Assembly (NCBI GenBank): GCA_030704615.1 | Contig: CM060733.1 | Span: 5,828,001-5,892,000 of the forward strand | Length of the DNA: 64,000 nt | Source: Takakia lepidozioides | Taxonomy: Eukaryota; Plantae; Bryophyta | Reading direction: 5' to 3' | Shown here: one piece after another, positions 12,659-23,861 of the stretch | How the letters are laid out: each line of letters opens with the position of its first letter | Position numbering within the stretch: the stretch's first letter is position 1 | Notes under the pieces: model-generated | What the model saw: the letters and a program-made list of their open reading frames with translations, nothing else | Databases searched by the model: none | Told to the model about the DNA's origin: nothing | Made by a program: the position numbers and the translations under genes

Positions 12659-15657
12659 TCAAAAATTCTTGATGTTCAACCAGACCTCTGTGCCTGCCTC
12701 AAACTTAACTTCCCTCCACTTCCGATTCACCTGCCGTTCATACCGTTTCCTAGTTTTGGCAATGTTGTACTTTCCGAGCTCCAACAAACGCTCGCATTCT
12801 TCCAGCACTACTGCTGCTGCTGGTTCCTCAACGTTCTGGGCAGCCCAATTTGTCGGCACCAGAGGTGCTTTTCCATAGACCAATATGAAAGGGGAAACTC
12901 CCGTTGCGGAGTGTTTTGTGTTATTATAACAGAACTCTGCCGCATCCAAGTGCTCCACCTAGTCGGATTGGTCTGCCGACACATAATTCCGCAAGATCTG
13001 CTTCACCACGGAATTCACTCTTTCCGTTTGGCCGTCCGTCGTAGGTTGGAAGGCTATACTCATCTTGAGTCTCGTCCCCATCTTCTTCAAAGTGCCCTCC
13101 AAAATTTACTTGTAAACTTTGGATCGCGGTCCGAGACAATATCCTTTGGGAGTCCATGATGCTTGAAGACGTGGGCGAAGTAAAGTCGCTCTGTCTCCTG
13201 CGCCGTGGCCGTCTTCTTGGTGGGAATGAAATGGCCCATTATACTGAACCTATCCACCACCACCATGATTGCATCGAATTTTTTTGACAGCGGCATAGCA
13301 GTCATGAAATCCATTGAGACACTTTCCCAAGACCCCTCTGGAATCGGCAAGGGTTGTAACAGCCCTGCTTGCTTTTTGTTCTCGCTCCGGTTTTGTTGGC
13401 ATGTGGTGCATGTCTTGACATACTCCTCAGCCTCCTCCCTCAGTTTGGGCCAGAAATACTCGTTCTTCAAGAGTGTCGCGGTGCTCGTGACTCCGCTTTG
13501 GCCCGCAAGCGGGCCATCGTGGCATCTCTCAAGAGACTATCTCTGATCCCTCCCTTCGGCACATAGAGGTGCTTTTGCTTGTACCGGAGCAGTCCATTGT
13601 GCAAGTGAAATTGTGATTTAACTCTTATCCTCAAGTCCCGCATCACGGACTTCGCCATCTCATCCTTTCGGTAAGCCTTCCGAATCTTCCTTTGGAGCGT
13701 CGTCTCGCCCCTGTACACCAACATGAGCTGTTGTTTTCTACTTAAAGCATCGGCCACCACATTGTCCCGTCCCGGTTTGTACTGGATATCCACGTCTTGC
13801 CACCTAAGTTGTTTTGGGGACAACTTAGGCTGTGTGGCAAAATACTTCACCGTGACATTGTCCGTGAACACCTTCATCGGGTTTGAACCAACATAGTGGC
13901 GCCAAAGCTCAAGGCAATGCACCACCGCCTTCATTTCTTTCTCGTACGTAGGCCATCGTCGCTCCACTTCATTCAGTTTCTTACTTTCATAAGCCACTGG
14001 ACGTCCATCTTGCATGAGCACACCCCCAATTGTAAAGTCCGACGCATCTGTATGAATCTCAAATGGACGGTCGAACTCCGGGATTTTCAGGACTGGAGCT
14101 TCTGCCATCCGCTGCTTCAACTCGGCAAAAGGTTGGTCACAAAAGATGTTCCATACCCATACCTTGGATTTACATAGAAGGTCCGACAGCGGCCCCGCGA
14201 TCTTGGCGAAATTTCTCGCATACTTTCGGTAATAGGAGGCGAGTCCTAGGAAGGATCGCACCTCCGGGACCGAAGTCGGAGGCTTCCAGTCTAAGATCGC
14301 CCTCACCTTTCTGTCATCTATTTTGATCCCATCCTGCGTAATCACATGCCCTATGAACTCCACTTTTGTGACCCCGAATTTGCACTTTGAAGCTTTGGCA
14401 TACAACTTCATTTCCCGCAATTTCTGGAATACCCTTTTGAGGTGCTCCAGATGCTCTTCTTTTGTTTTCGAGTACACCAAGATGTCGTCGATGTACACGA
14501 TCACAACGTCAACCAACCTCTCCTGGAAAAGGCTGTTCATTAGCGTGCTAAAGGTCGCGGGTGCGTTGGTGAGCCCAAAAGGCATCACCAAGAACTTATA
14601 TGAACCATATCTTGTCCTGCACGCAGTCTTCTCCTCATCTCCTTCCGCCACTCGGATTTGATGGTAGCCGGAGCGCAAATCGATCCGGCTGAAATACTTT
14701 GCTCCTGCCAACCGATCGAAGAGGTCGTCGATCCTTGGCAAATGGTACCGGTTTTTGATAGTCACCTTATTCAGAGCCCTGTAATCGACATACATCCGCA
14801 ACGTCCCATCCTTCTTGTCTGCGAATAGCACCGGGGCTCCGTATGGTGACTTACTCGGCCGGATGTACCCCTTTGACATTAGATCCTTGAGCTGAGCCTT
14901 CAGCTCGACCAAACTCTCTGTGCTCAACCGGTAGGGCGCCTTGGCAGGCGGCTCCGATCCCGGTATCACCTCTATCTTGTGGTCAACTCCTCTTCGCGGT
15001 GGCAAGCCGCTTGGTAAATCCTCCGGTATCATATCTTGGTAATTCTCCAAGATCCCCTTGATCCAATCTGGGCTCGGCTCCATATCGACTTATCCTTCCA
15101 CTTGTCTTACGTAAAGCAAAAACTGAGGCTCGTGTGGCTCCTCCACGGCCCACTCCTTTGCTGACAGTAGGTTTATTCGCCCTCCCACTTGGTTGGGCGT
15201 TTCCGAAACCTGTAAAACTTCGCCACCATTCCCACACGATAGCATGACTATTCTCTTGTGGTCATTTATGACCGCTCCAGATTTGCTCAAAAATGTCATC
15301 CCAAAATGAGATCCACTCGATCTCGCAAATGGTGAAGTTCTCACGTCCCTCCCAACCCCCCAGCTGAAGAGGAATATTGAACGCCAACCTCGTCGTCAGT
15401 TGTGCTTTTCCTTTGGCAGAACGCACTTCAACAGAGGCCCCCACATCACTTGTCGGGAGCCCCAACTTCAGTGCCGTTGCCGGTGTCATGAAGGAGTGCG
15501 ACGCTTCTGTGTCCACCAACAACGACACGTTAGTTCCGGAAATTACCCCACTCGCGAACATTAACTGACTCTCTTTACGCAAGGCGTCAGTTTCCTTATA
15601 CAACTCACAAGAGTAGTTGCCTACCTTGCAAGTCTTGGCGACTACCGCCTCCACCAA
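12659..15657 (-). pseudogene. pol: pol (protease, RT, RNase H, integrase) of the chromovirus, frameshifted
   Basis: LLVDTEASHSF protease, YIDD RT, TDAS RNase H, HHCC and SMDFM...SDRDPKF integrase. Confidence 0.92.
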
Positions 15658-15659
15658 GC

Positions 15660-16836
15660 GGCTGATGGACTATTCGGACAACTCCGTGGTCGCCCGAGTC
15701 ATGTTCAATTGGGGTTTGGCACACTTCTTAGCCATTTGCCCGGGCTCCCCGCAATTAAAGCACACTCTATCAAAGGTCGCCTTCTATCCGCCATAAGCCG
15801 CCGCACCTGATTTTCCTTTCGGAGCACCGGGTGCCACCTTGACGTGTAAAGGTCCTCCCTTCAATTTCCATGTGTTATTGTTGCCGCGTGGCCTATCCCA
15901 CTTCTTTTCCGGTCGGAAAGAGTCACCCTCCCGCCGGGTCTTCTTGTGGTTTAGCTCTGTACGGCCTTGTCTTTCACCCCTAGGGACATCCGAGAAACAT
16001 TCAGCCCTTTCAATTGCCTTGTTCAAAGTCTTAGGTGGCTTCTCCTCCAACTTCCGTTTGGCCCATGGGGCCAGTCCCGCCACAAAGTTGAAGACCATTT
16101 CTGGTTTCGCCATATCAGCGACTTCGAGCAACCGCACATTGAAAGCCTGAACATATCCCCGAATGTCATCCGTTTGCTTCAAATTCCTCATCTTGTTCCG
16201 GGCGAGCCAGGACGCGTTGAGGGGCACAAATTGTCTTTTCATAAGTTCCTTGAACCCACTCCAGCTCAAGGTATCTAGGTTTGGACCTTGGTCATGAAGG
16301 TGTTTCTGCCACCATTGTTGAGCATAGCCCCTCAAATAGGTGGGAGCCACTTCCACCCAATCCTTGTCACTCAACTTGGCCACCCGGAAGTACTGCTCTA
16401 GCTCCAAGAGCCAGGTGTTGAGTGCCTTCCGATTTTGGACGCCCTCGAAGGTGTCGGGTTCCTTAGGCTTCACCTTAAACTTTGCCTTAGTGGAAGTGGC
16501 ATTAGCCGCCTTCAACACGTCTTTCAACGTCTCGCCAAACTGCGCCAACAGCCCTTCCCAAAAGGCTGCTGGCATGGGAGACATCTGTTGGTCTGGCGGA
16601 GCCTCCGGAAAGTCCTTGTGCTCCGACTCCAAAAATTCCTCCTGCTCTTGAGCGGCCTCGCTCTTAGAAGCATGAATCGCCTCCTCCAATTGTCGCTCCG
16701 GTGACACGTCGCCCCCACCAGGCTCATCAGAATCATCATCTTTCGGGCCGTTCCGCTTTTGCTTTGTCTTGCCCGACCCCATGATGAGGCCGATCTCAAG
16801 GACGATCGCGTATTGAACTCTAAGCTCTGATACCAA
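15660..16836 (-). pseudogene. gag: gag of the chromovirus
   Basis: Retrotrans-gag-like core (KPKEPDTFEG...WLLELEQYF...AQQWW). A degenerate zinc knuckle CFNCGEPGQMAKKC follows a premature stop at 15784. Confidence 0.85.
16824..16835 (-). promoter_or_regulatory. Primer-binding site, tRNA-iMet (TGGTATCAGAGC)
   Basis: Lies 2 nt from the LTR CA end. Confidence 0.9.
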
Positions 16837-17123
16837 GTGTCGCGCACCTCACTTCGGTAAGCTCCCCTTCAAGTCATAGTTACTCGCTTTGATGCGCGCG
16901 CCTAACTCCCAAACTGGCCGCTGGGCCAACTCGGAGCTTCGGCTGCTTACCGGGACATAATGGTCCCCCTTTGCTCCTCCACAAGACCCTCGCTCTATTT
17001 GAGCCTAGTGGAAATTTCCCTTTGGTTGTTGGCAGTCCGGAACAACTCCCCACACCTTGGTCGCTTTCCGGTTCGCATGCTTACTCACTAGTTTTTGGTA
17101 ACCAACGGGCTTGCACCGATCTT

Positions 17124-17623
17124 NNNNNNNNNNNNNNNNNNNNNNNNNNNNNNNNNNNNNNNNNNNNNNNNNNNNNNNNNNNNNNNNNNNNNNNNNNNNN
17201 NNNNNNNNNNNNNNNNNNNNNNNNNNNNNNNNNNNNNNNNNNNNNNNNNNNNNNNNNNNNNNNNNNNNNNNNNNNNNNNNNNNNNNNNNNNNNNNNNNNN
17301 NNNNNNNNNNNNNNNNNNNNNNNNNNNNNNNNNNNNNNNNNNNNNNNNNNNNNNNNNNNNNNNNNNNNNNNNNNNNNNNNNNNNNNNNNNNNNNNNNNNN
17401 NNNNNNNNNNNNNNNNNNNNNNNNNNNNNNNNNNNNNNNNNNNNNNNNNNNNNNNNNNNNNNNNNNNNNNNNNNNNNNNNNNNNNNNNNNNNNNNNNNNN
17501 NNNNNNNNNNNNNNNNNNNNNNNNNNNNNNNNNNNNNNNNNNNNNNNNNNNNNNNNNNNNNNNNNNNNNNNNNNNNNNNNNNNNNNNNNNNNNNNNNNNN
17601 NNNNNNNNNNNNNNNNNNNNNNN
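17124..17623. other. Assembly gap (500 N)
   Basis: Run of N. Confidence 1.
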
Positions 17624-18416
17624 GAAAAATCAGCGCGCTTGTTCCACAACACAGAGCGCATGTTACAATCAACAGCAAACGCAGGAACCTGCAGCTCATC
17701 GACATAGACAAACGCATCAGTGCCAAGGGCTTCCTCCCCGTAACTAGAATGGGCCGGGGACCCGCAAGCTCCAGCACAAAGTCCAGTGCTTCCCGCTGGT
17801 AATCCTCCTCAGTGAGTTTATCGTTAGCCACCAAGGCCTCGCCTGTGAGTGACCCCTCGCCTGTACATGGCGTCCGTAAAACATGTCTTTCCTTCCCCTC
17901 TCTTGGTGCGCAAGCCTGCAAGCAATCATGGAATCCACTCTCTTTCACAACAAGACACTACTGAGTGCCACAATTCCCTCTCTCTCTCTCTCTCTCTCAC
18001 TCTCGGTATGCAGAAGACTGGAGCAAGGTGCGAAATATAGGGCACGTGGCCAGGGAACCTAGGATGCCATATAGAACTTAGGGAACCGGGAACCAGTTAC
18101 CAGACATTTTGGGTGTAACTTTGAATTTTTAAAAATTGAAAACCTTTAAAAAAAAAAACCCTTTTTAATCTAATTTGAATGAGTTGGAGCCAAATTCATC
18201 ATATCTTTGTCAAATGGACTCTGTTTGACCCAGTTTTTGGGGGGATAGCTGCAGAAAGGGGAAATCTACCTATCTAAACCTGGTTTCTGTTTTGGGGACT
18301 CTGCTAAAAATCTATGGAATTTTTAGAGTGTGAGTGTGCCATGAAAGATCCACAATCCTGTCTCTAGAACCTGTGCTGGTCTATATGAGAGACAAATTGG
18401 TGGATGTACTCCATGC

Positions 18417-19166
18417 ATGGCTGGGGGAAATGAGGACGTAATTGAAGGGCAGGTCTCTTCTCTTAGTCTGTGCACACAAGGGGACACGATTTATGTTTCC
18501 CAAGGAACTCAGACTGATTTGAGTGGAGAACAGTTGGACGAGTTGATTGCATACTGGGAGTCAGGCATTAGCAGTAGACAACAGACTGCTGTAGTTGGCA
18601 TTGAGGGCCTCAATATCGCCTTGGACAGTCAGAACTCTGTTGGAGCCAGCAGTTCTGCAGCTGTAGGTGAAATACCAAAGTGGGTGAAAGCTAGGCTTGG
18701 AACACAGCCAAAGACAGCTCCGGGGACCAAGGTGTTCAGCCACAAGGCCGTGGTGTACTGGAGCAGAGGAGCAGGAGCTGCACAAGTTTGTGCAATTAGA
18801 CAGTGTTGCAGTCGGACACGCTCTGCACAAGGCAACCACGAGCGGGGGTTCATTAGCGAGGACAAGTTTGTTCTGTTTGAAGGCGATGCAGTCATTCGCA
18901 ATGAAGACACCCGCAACCGTCTCAAAGCTTTCGAGTTGAGAGACTATCAGACCCTACCTTTGTTTTCTTTAGTGTTCAGTGAGCGGGAGATAGGGGAGTA
19001 CTGCTTTGTCTCTACCTGGCAGAAAGAGGAGGAGGGTTGGTTAGAGCGAGCTACTGTAGCTTGGGACAAGGTTAGTGGCAGGTTTCTGGACATAGATATA
19101 CCTCCTACACCTTACCATCAAGCAGAGCGAGGCACTTTGAGAGAAGTCTGGAAGTTGATAGCATAG
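18417..19166 (+). CDS. 249-aa ORF of unknown function in the 5' leader of the DNMT retrotransposon
   Basis: Uninterrupted ATG-initiated ORF with a globular-looking C-terminal half, on the same strand as gag. No domain recognised. Confidence 0.45.
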   Translation: MAGGNEDVIEGQVSSLSLCTQGDTIYVSQGTQTDLSGEQLDELIAYWESGISSRQQTAVVGIEGLNIALDSQNSVGASSSAAVGEIPKWVKARLGTQPKTAPGTKVFSHKAVVYWSRGAGAAQVCAIRQCCSRTRSAQGNHERGFISEDKFVLFEGDAVIRNEDTRNRLKAFELRDYQTLPLFSLVFSEREIGEYCFVSTWQKEEEGWLERATVAWDKVSGRFLDIDIPPTPYHQAERGTLREVWKLIA

Positions 19167-19867
19167 ATCAGGATTAGATCTTGCTTGGGCGGGCTTCTAT
19201 TCTTCCCCTCCATCTCTGTACTATTTTCATTACCTTGTACTTGTAGTTGCCAAAGCCTCTCTTGGTGGAGGCCAGTCAGTCCGGGGTTTTGGGCTGGGAT
19301 ATTCTGCAGGATCAGCATTGCAGCTGGATTTTGGTGTGGGGGTGTTGATGTTTTGATTTCTTGTGTTTGGATCCCCCCCAACACCTGCATGCTTGACTGT
19401 GCGCCATGTTGGTTTTGTGTGGGCGCTTGCTTTCATAGGGATTAGGCCGGATTTGATCACCGGTCAATCCTAGAGTATGCTGTCGGTGGTGAGGCTGGAG
19501 TGATGACCAGCAAGACCACCAGTGTTTCTTCTATGGTGAGGCTGGGTTGATGACCAGCCAACCATAGGAGTTCTTGCGGTGGATGCAGGTGCAGGTGCCC
19601 TGAGCCATTGGGATATGACCCTTAGACTGCAACAGGTGCCCACCCGTGTCACTATTAGATTAGTACTAGAGCCTTATAGTGTCACGTGGAGGAGGTGCAC
19701 ATTGTGAGTGTCATTACGGAGTTACCCAAGGGTTTTGAGGGGAGTACGGCTACAAGCAGTGACAGTGAGAGTGGGTCACAAGACGAGGTATTCGGTTCAG
19801 ACCACCTTCACCGCCACCCTCAACTACTGTAGAGTCAGACACAGACTCGGAGGCTTCATCAACAGGT

Positions 19868-21703
19868 GTGCACTTTCATTCGCCATTGTTGTGGGACGAC
19901 ATGGAGGAGATGTATGGAGCTACCAAGGGGCCTCGTAGGTACTCTGGAGCTGTGGGCACAATCGAGTTGGATGACTTTATCCAGGAGTTCGACAGCTGGT
20001 GTGATTTGCAGCAGATGCGCAATCCACAGCTATTCACCCCATTCATGGCGTGGAAGGGACTGTTCCAGCATTTGGAAGGCCCGCCTATGGACGATTACCA
20101 CGAGTTCAGGCGAGGACATGAAGCAGAGATTGAGGAGTGGAGGATGTATTGGTCACCTGACTACGTCTCCATTACTCGAGGCACGACGCGACCAGTAGCT
20201 GCATCAGTACCAATAGCTTCCACTGCCAGCACTAGTAGTGGAGCAAGTAGTGCTGGTACTTCTGAAGGTGGTACCAGTTCAAAAGGTGCTACTACTTCTC
20301 CTGCCACGACTACAACACATTTGCCTAGATTCAACCCGGTGGTGGAGTTCTTCCAGGAGTTGCGGAGGAACTACCAAGGTGTACGGACAGAGAAGCTGCG
20401 AAGTTTGCAAGACTTCCAGCGCAAACCCAGTGAGAGCCTGCGAGAGGCGTACACTCGTATGAGGCGCTTGATAAGTGTGACCCAAGGGGTTACTGAAGCT
20501 CAGGCAATCCAGTTTTGGTATGGAATTCTGGACAAGGAGCTCAAGAGAAGGGTGCGAGATGCAACCCTGTTACAAGCAGCCCAACCCACATTAGCAGATG
20601 TGTTTCTGCTGGCTGAGCGGATTGAGCTCAACATGGTGGAGGAGCGAGTTGTTACAATTGGATTTGGCAAGGACATGCCTGTACGGGGCACAGCTGTCAG
20701 CCCACAAGCACAAGGGACTGCCCAACAGCGTGGTCAGGGGGGCAAGGTTGCCCAGCCCAAGTTCCATGGAGCTTACAGGGGACCTCAGGTGCAGAGGCCC
20801 GTGGCATCTTTTGCAGGCCAACAGCAACCAGGGGTGATATGTTGGACATGTGGAGGACCCCATGTCAAGAGAGATTGCCCAGAGAGTGGCAGAAGGCCGG
20901 CACAAGCACAGCCTGCACAGTTGCAGTGTGGGCATTGTGGCAAGTATGGGCATGGAGATGCCCAGTGTTATGACTTGCATCCTGAGTTGCGCCCAGGCCA
21001 GTTCCAAGGGAACAATGGTGGCCGGGGGCGAGGTGGACCAGCCCAAAGAGGACGAGGTGGTCGGGCACGAGGTGCAGGCCAAGGGCAAGCTCCACATGGC
21101 CAAGGACGCGGAGGTCAGGGTGTTGACCAAGGCATGGCCAATCGGCTTCAGCAGCTAGAGCAGAGGCTCGCTGCCATGGCTATAGCTCAGGCGGTACCGG
21201 CTCCCAGGCGGGATGGCCCACCTCCTGCTCCTGAGGGAGGAGATATGGGCGGAATGGGATTCATGTGCGGAGCAGCACTACCACTAGAGCAGGTGGAGTC
21301 TGCTGCAGCCGTGACTCGAGGAGCAGCACGAGTTCCTGAGCCACGAGGTGCAGAGGTGGAGTTGGATCCACAACGTGGGGAGGCAAGCCGTCAGGCAAGG
21401 CTGCCTCAGTCATTCACCTTGGCGGAGACAGTGTCAACGCCATCCATGGCACCTAGTTCTCGCCCGACTGTTACCGAGGCGGAGGTTACTATGCCATTGG
21501 GGAGAGCTACCCGTGCAGCACTGACACCTACTACCAAGGCTAGTGCAGCCGGTGTGTTATTGGGAGCAGCCACCTCTGTGTGTCAAGCCCCACTGTTCTC
21601 GGCAACCATGATTGCGACGCCGGGAGTGAGACCAGCTGCAGTGTTCAGACTAGCAGCAACACTCTGTGAGAGTGGGAGGTCACTTCATCTTCTGCGGAGT
21701 TAG
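19868..21703 (+). CDS. gag: Gag with two zinc knuckles and an RGG-rich segment
   Basis: QRKPSESLREAYTRM gag core; CWTCGGPHVKRDC and CGHCGKYGHGDAQC. Confidence 0.85.
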   Translation: MHFHSPLLWDDMEEMYGATKGPRRYSGAVGTIELDDFIQEFDSWCDLQQMRNPQLFTPFMAWKGLFQHLEGPPMDDYHEFRRGHEAEIEEWRMYWSPDYVSITRGTTRPVAASVPIASTASTSSGASSAGTSEGGTSSKGATTSPATTTTHLPRFNPVVEFFQELRRNYQGVRTEKLRSLQDFQRKPSESLREAYTRMRRLISVTQGVTEAQAIQFWYGILDKELKRRVRDATLLQAAQPTLADVFLLAERIELNMVEERVVTIGFGKDMPVRGTAVSPQAQGTAQQRGQGGKVAQPKFHGAYRGPQVQRPVASFAGQQQPGVICWTCGGPHVKRDCPESGRRPAQAQPAQLQCGHCGKYGHGDAQCYDLHPELRPGQFQGNNGGRGRGGPAQRGRGGRARGAGQGQAPHGQGRGGQGVDQGMANRLQQLEQRLAAMAIAQAVPAPRRDGPPPAPEGGDMGGMGFMCGAALPLEQVESAAAVTRGAARVPEPRGAEVELDPQRGEASRQARLPQSFTLAETVSTPSMAPSSRPTVTEAEVTMPLGRATRAALTPTTKASAAGVLLGAATSVCQAPLFSATMIATPGVRPAAVFRLAATLCESGRSLHLLRS

Positions 21704-22635
21704 TGGAAGGTGTAGTGGCAGAGGGATCCTCGGATTTGAGGGTCAAGACTGCCACGGCAGCGCCCTGGCAAGCTGCAGCTGCCAGGTTGACGGAGCTGCC
21801 AGCTAGGCCAGCCTTTGAGCGCGCCATGGTGACACCTGGAGTTGTCTTGTTAGACAACCAGGGAGGCATTTTCACTTTGAGTGGACCGGCAGGCAAGAAG
21901 TACCGGCCACTGCGGGTCTTGTTGGACTCAGGAGCTCAGCCACTGATGTTGGGCAGAGCTGCTATTGCAGGTTTGGGCCTCATGGAGGCGGATATGGAGC
22001 CTTGTCCTTTCCAGATACAGACATCTCTGGGAGGATCAGAGCAGGCTCGCGGCATGACACGGCATCAGTTGGCTATTAGACTGCAGCCGGATCATCCTGT
22101 AGATGGCTCAGTGATGCGAGCCAAGGCCATTGTGACAGACGCGGTCTCTTACGATGTCCTCGTTGGTGGGGCAGTGTTATACCCCATGGGCTTCACCCTG
22201 GATTTCTGGGAGGAGTCAGCATCCTACAGGCCTGGATGGCAGTCAGGGGATGGTCGCCGTGCACAGCTCCCTGTGACATTCATTGGGGGTATTGCAGCTG
22301 CTCAGCGGGGCAAGATGCCAACACTAGCCGCCTTCACAGCTGCAGTTAGCTGGCCTGGAGAGTTGCTGGAAGGCAATGCCCATGCAGAGGATGTGCCACC
22401 TCCAGCAGAGCAGGATGACATGCATGGTACGGCGGAGTTGCCTGCCATGGTTGCTCACACTCCGTTGTGGGGTACGAGCAAGGATTTGCAGCACGCTGCT
22501 GATGGACGGGTGCAACAAGCTTGGGTAGAAGCTTTTGTACCGTCAGGAGAGGAGGAGAGTGCGGTGATTGCACCAGGGCCACCTCAGTTGTCGCCATTGG
22601 ACACCACACCTCTTGTGTGGCAGCGACCGGATGAA
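21703..22635 (+). CDS. Retroviral-type aspartic protease and linker
   Basis: VLLDSGAQ active site and YDVLVGG C-terminal motif. Confidence 0.85.
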
Positions 22636-23600
22636 GGCATATGCCTTCTGGACTTATTTGGCGGGATCAGCACTGGATTGGCTGCAGTGCTGCAGGCAGG
22701 TGTACGAGTTCGACGTTACCTGTATGTGGAGAGGGATGAGACTGCACGACGCGTCTCACTGCGCCATGTTGCTCAGATGGTGCAGCAGCACCCTGAGTTG
22801 TTGCCGGTGTCTGCAGTTCGTGGATATCAGCAGGCCTTGCCAGCAGACATTGCGTTGCTGGGGGCGCAGGATTTGGAGCGGGTTGGCTCCATTGATCTGG
22901 TAGTGGCAGGTTGGCCCTGCCAAGGGCATTCATCAGCCGGGCATGGCAATGGATTGCGAGACTCGAGGACGGGTCTGTTTTGGGAGATGGTGCGGATTTT
23001 GCGCCACTTGCAGCTTCATCAGGCTGTATCTCCGGCATACATCTTGGAGAATGTGCCACTGATGGGTGATTCTCGGGCCAGGGTGATGGCCAGTGTGCAT
23101 CAAGTCCGGTCGTGGCTTGGGTCAGCAGTATTGCTGGATGCAGCTGCAGTGGGGTCACGGGCTCATCGTCCACGACTATGGTGGACTAACTTGATGCCAC
23201 CCGCACTGCTCAAGCGTGCATTTGATGGGGTGCAGCGGCCAGCACACCTCACCGTGGATGGCATTTTGGACACAGGAAGGCAGTCTCAACGTGTGAGACA
23301 CGATGACCGTTCGCCTTTGGCAGTGGTCAACAGGGTGGGTCAACCACGAGCAGCATTACCTACACTGCTCAGCTTCCCAGGATCCCATGCTTTTCGGGAT
23401 GGTGGACCTGGCCTCCTGTGGGATGCTCAGTTGCAGCAGTTAGTGGAGCCTAATGCCGACGAGCGAGAGCGGGCTATGGGGTTTTCCACTGGGACCACGG
23501 CGGTGCCTTCCTTTCTGAGGCATCACGTCGTCAGGTGTTGGGGCAAGCAATGGATCTCAATTGCTTGACCTGGATTGTCAGCTTGGCTATGGCTGAGCAA
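22636..23600 (+). CDS. C5 cytosine DNA methyltransferase domain (DNMT3-like) inside the polyprotein
   Basis: Motif I LLDLFGGISTG, II YVERDE, IV AGWPCQGHS (catalytic PC at 22915-22920), VI ILENV, VIII AHRPRLWW, IX ERERAMGF, X LGQAMD (after a 1-nt frameshift at ~23512). Confidence 0.92.
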
Positions 23601-23861
23601 CGTAGAGTGCGGAGTGCACTTCCCTTGATGGTCTCTCTGCCTACCGAGACGGTACAGGCAGCGAGTGGGGGCGAGCCGGTGAGGACCACGAGGTGTAGAC
23701 ATCCATGGCACATGTGGGAGGTGCTCGAGGTTCAGAGGGAGTTGGCAGCGAAGGCAGCTGTGATGGATGAGGAGGTTCTCAATGATGAGATGATGGGGCA
23801 GGATGAGGCCTTGTCATTGACTGAGCAGGAAGGGGGTACTGCTCAAGAGGTTGCAGCATAG

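Larger units (their letters stand above)
12659..18106 (-). mobile_element. Ty3/gypsy chromovirus-type LTR retrotransposon (Galadriel-like), degenerate, 3' truncated
   Basis: gag-PR-RT-RH-INT order on the minus strand with a tRNA-iMet PBS. The 5' LTR inner end is ...CGCGACA at 16838 and the probable outer end TGTC is at 18106, across the N gap. No 3' LTR. Confidence 0.88.

Noticed and set aside
16971-17948. Long ORFs spanning 17.1-17.6 kb
   Set aside because: Artefacts of translating the N gap.
22636-23600. Host DRM/CMT/MET1 gene or bacterial restriction-modification contamination
   Set aside because: The domain is intronless, fused in frame to a retroviral protease, lacks BAH/UBA/chromo domains, is not DRM-permuted, recurs in a second element copy, and sits in continuous plant TE context.
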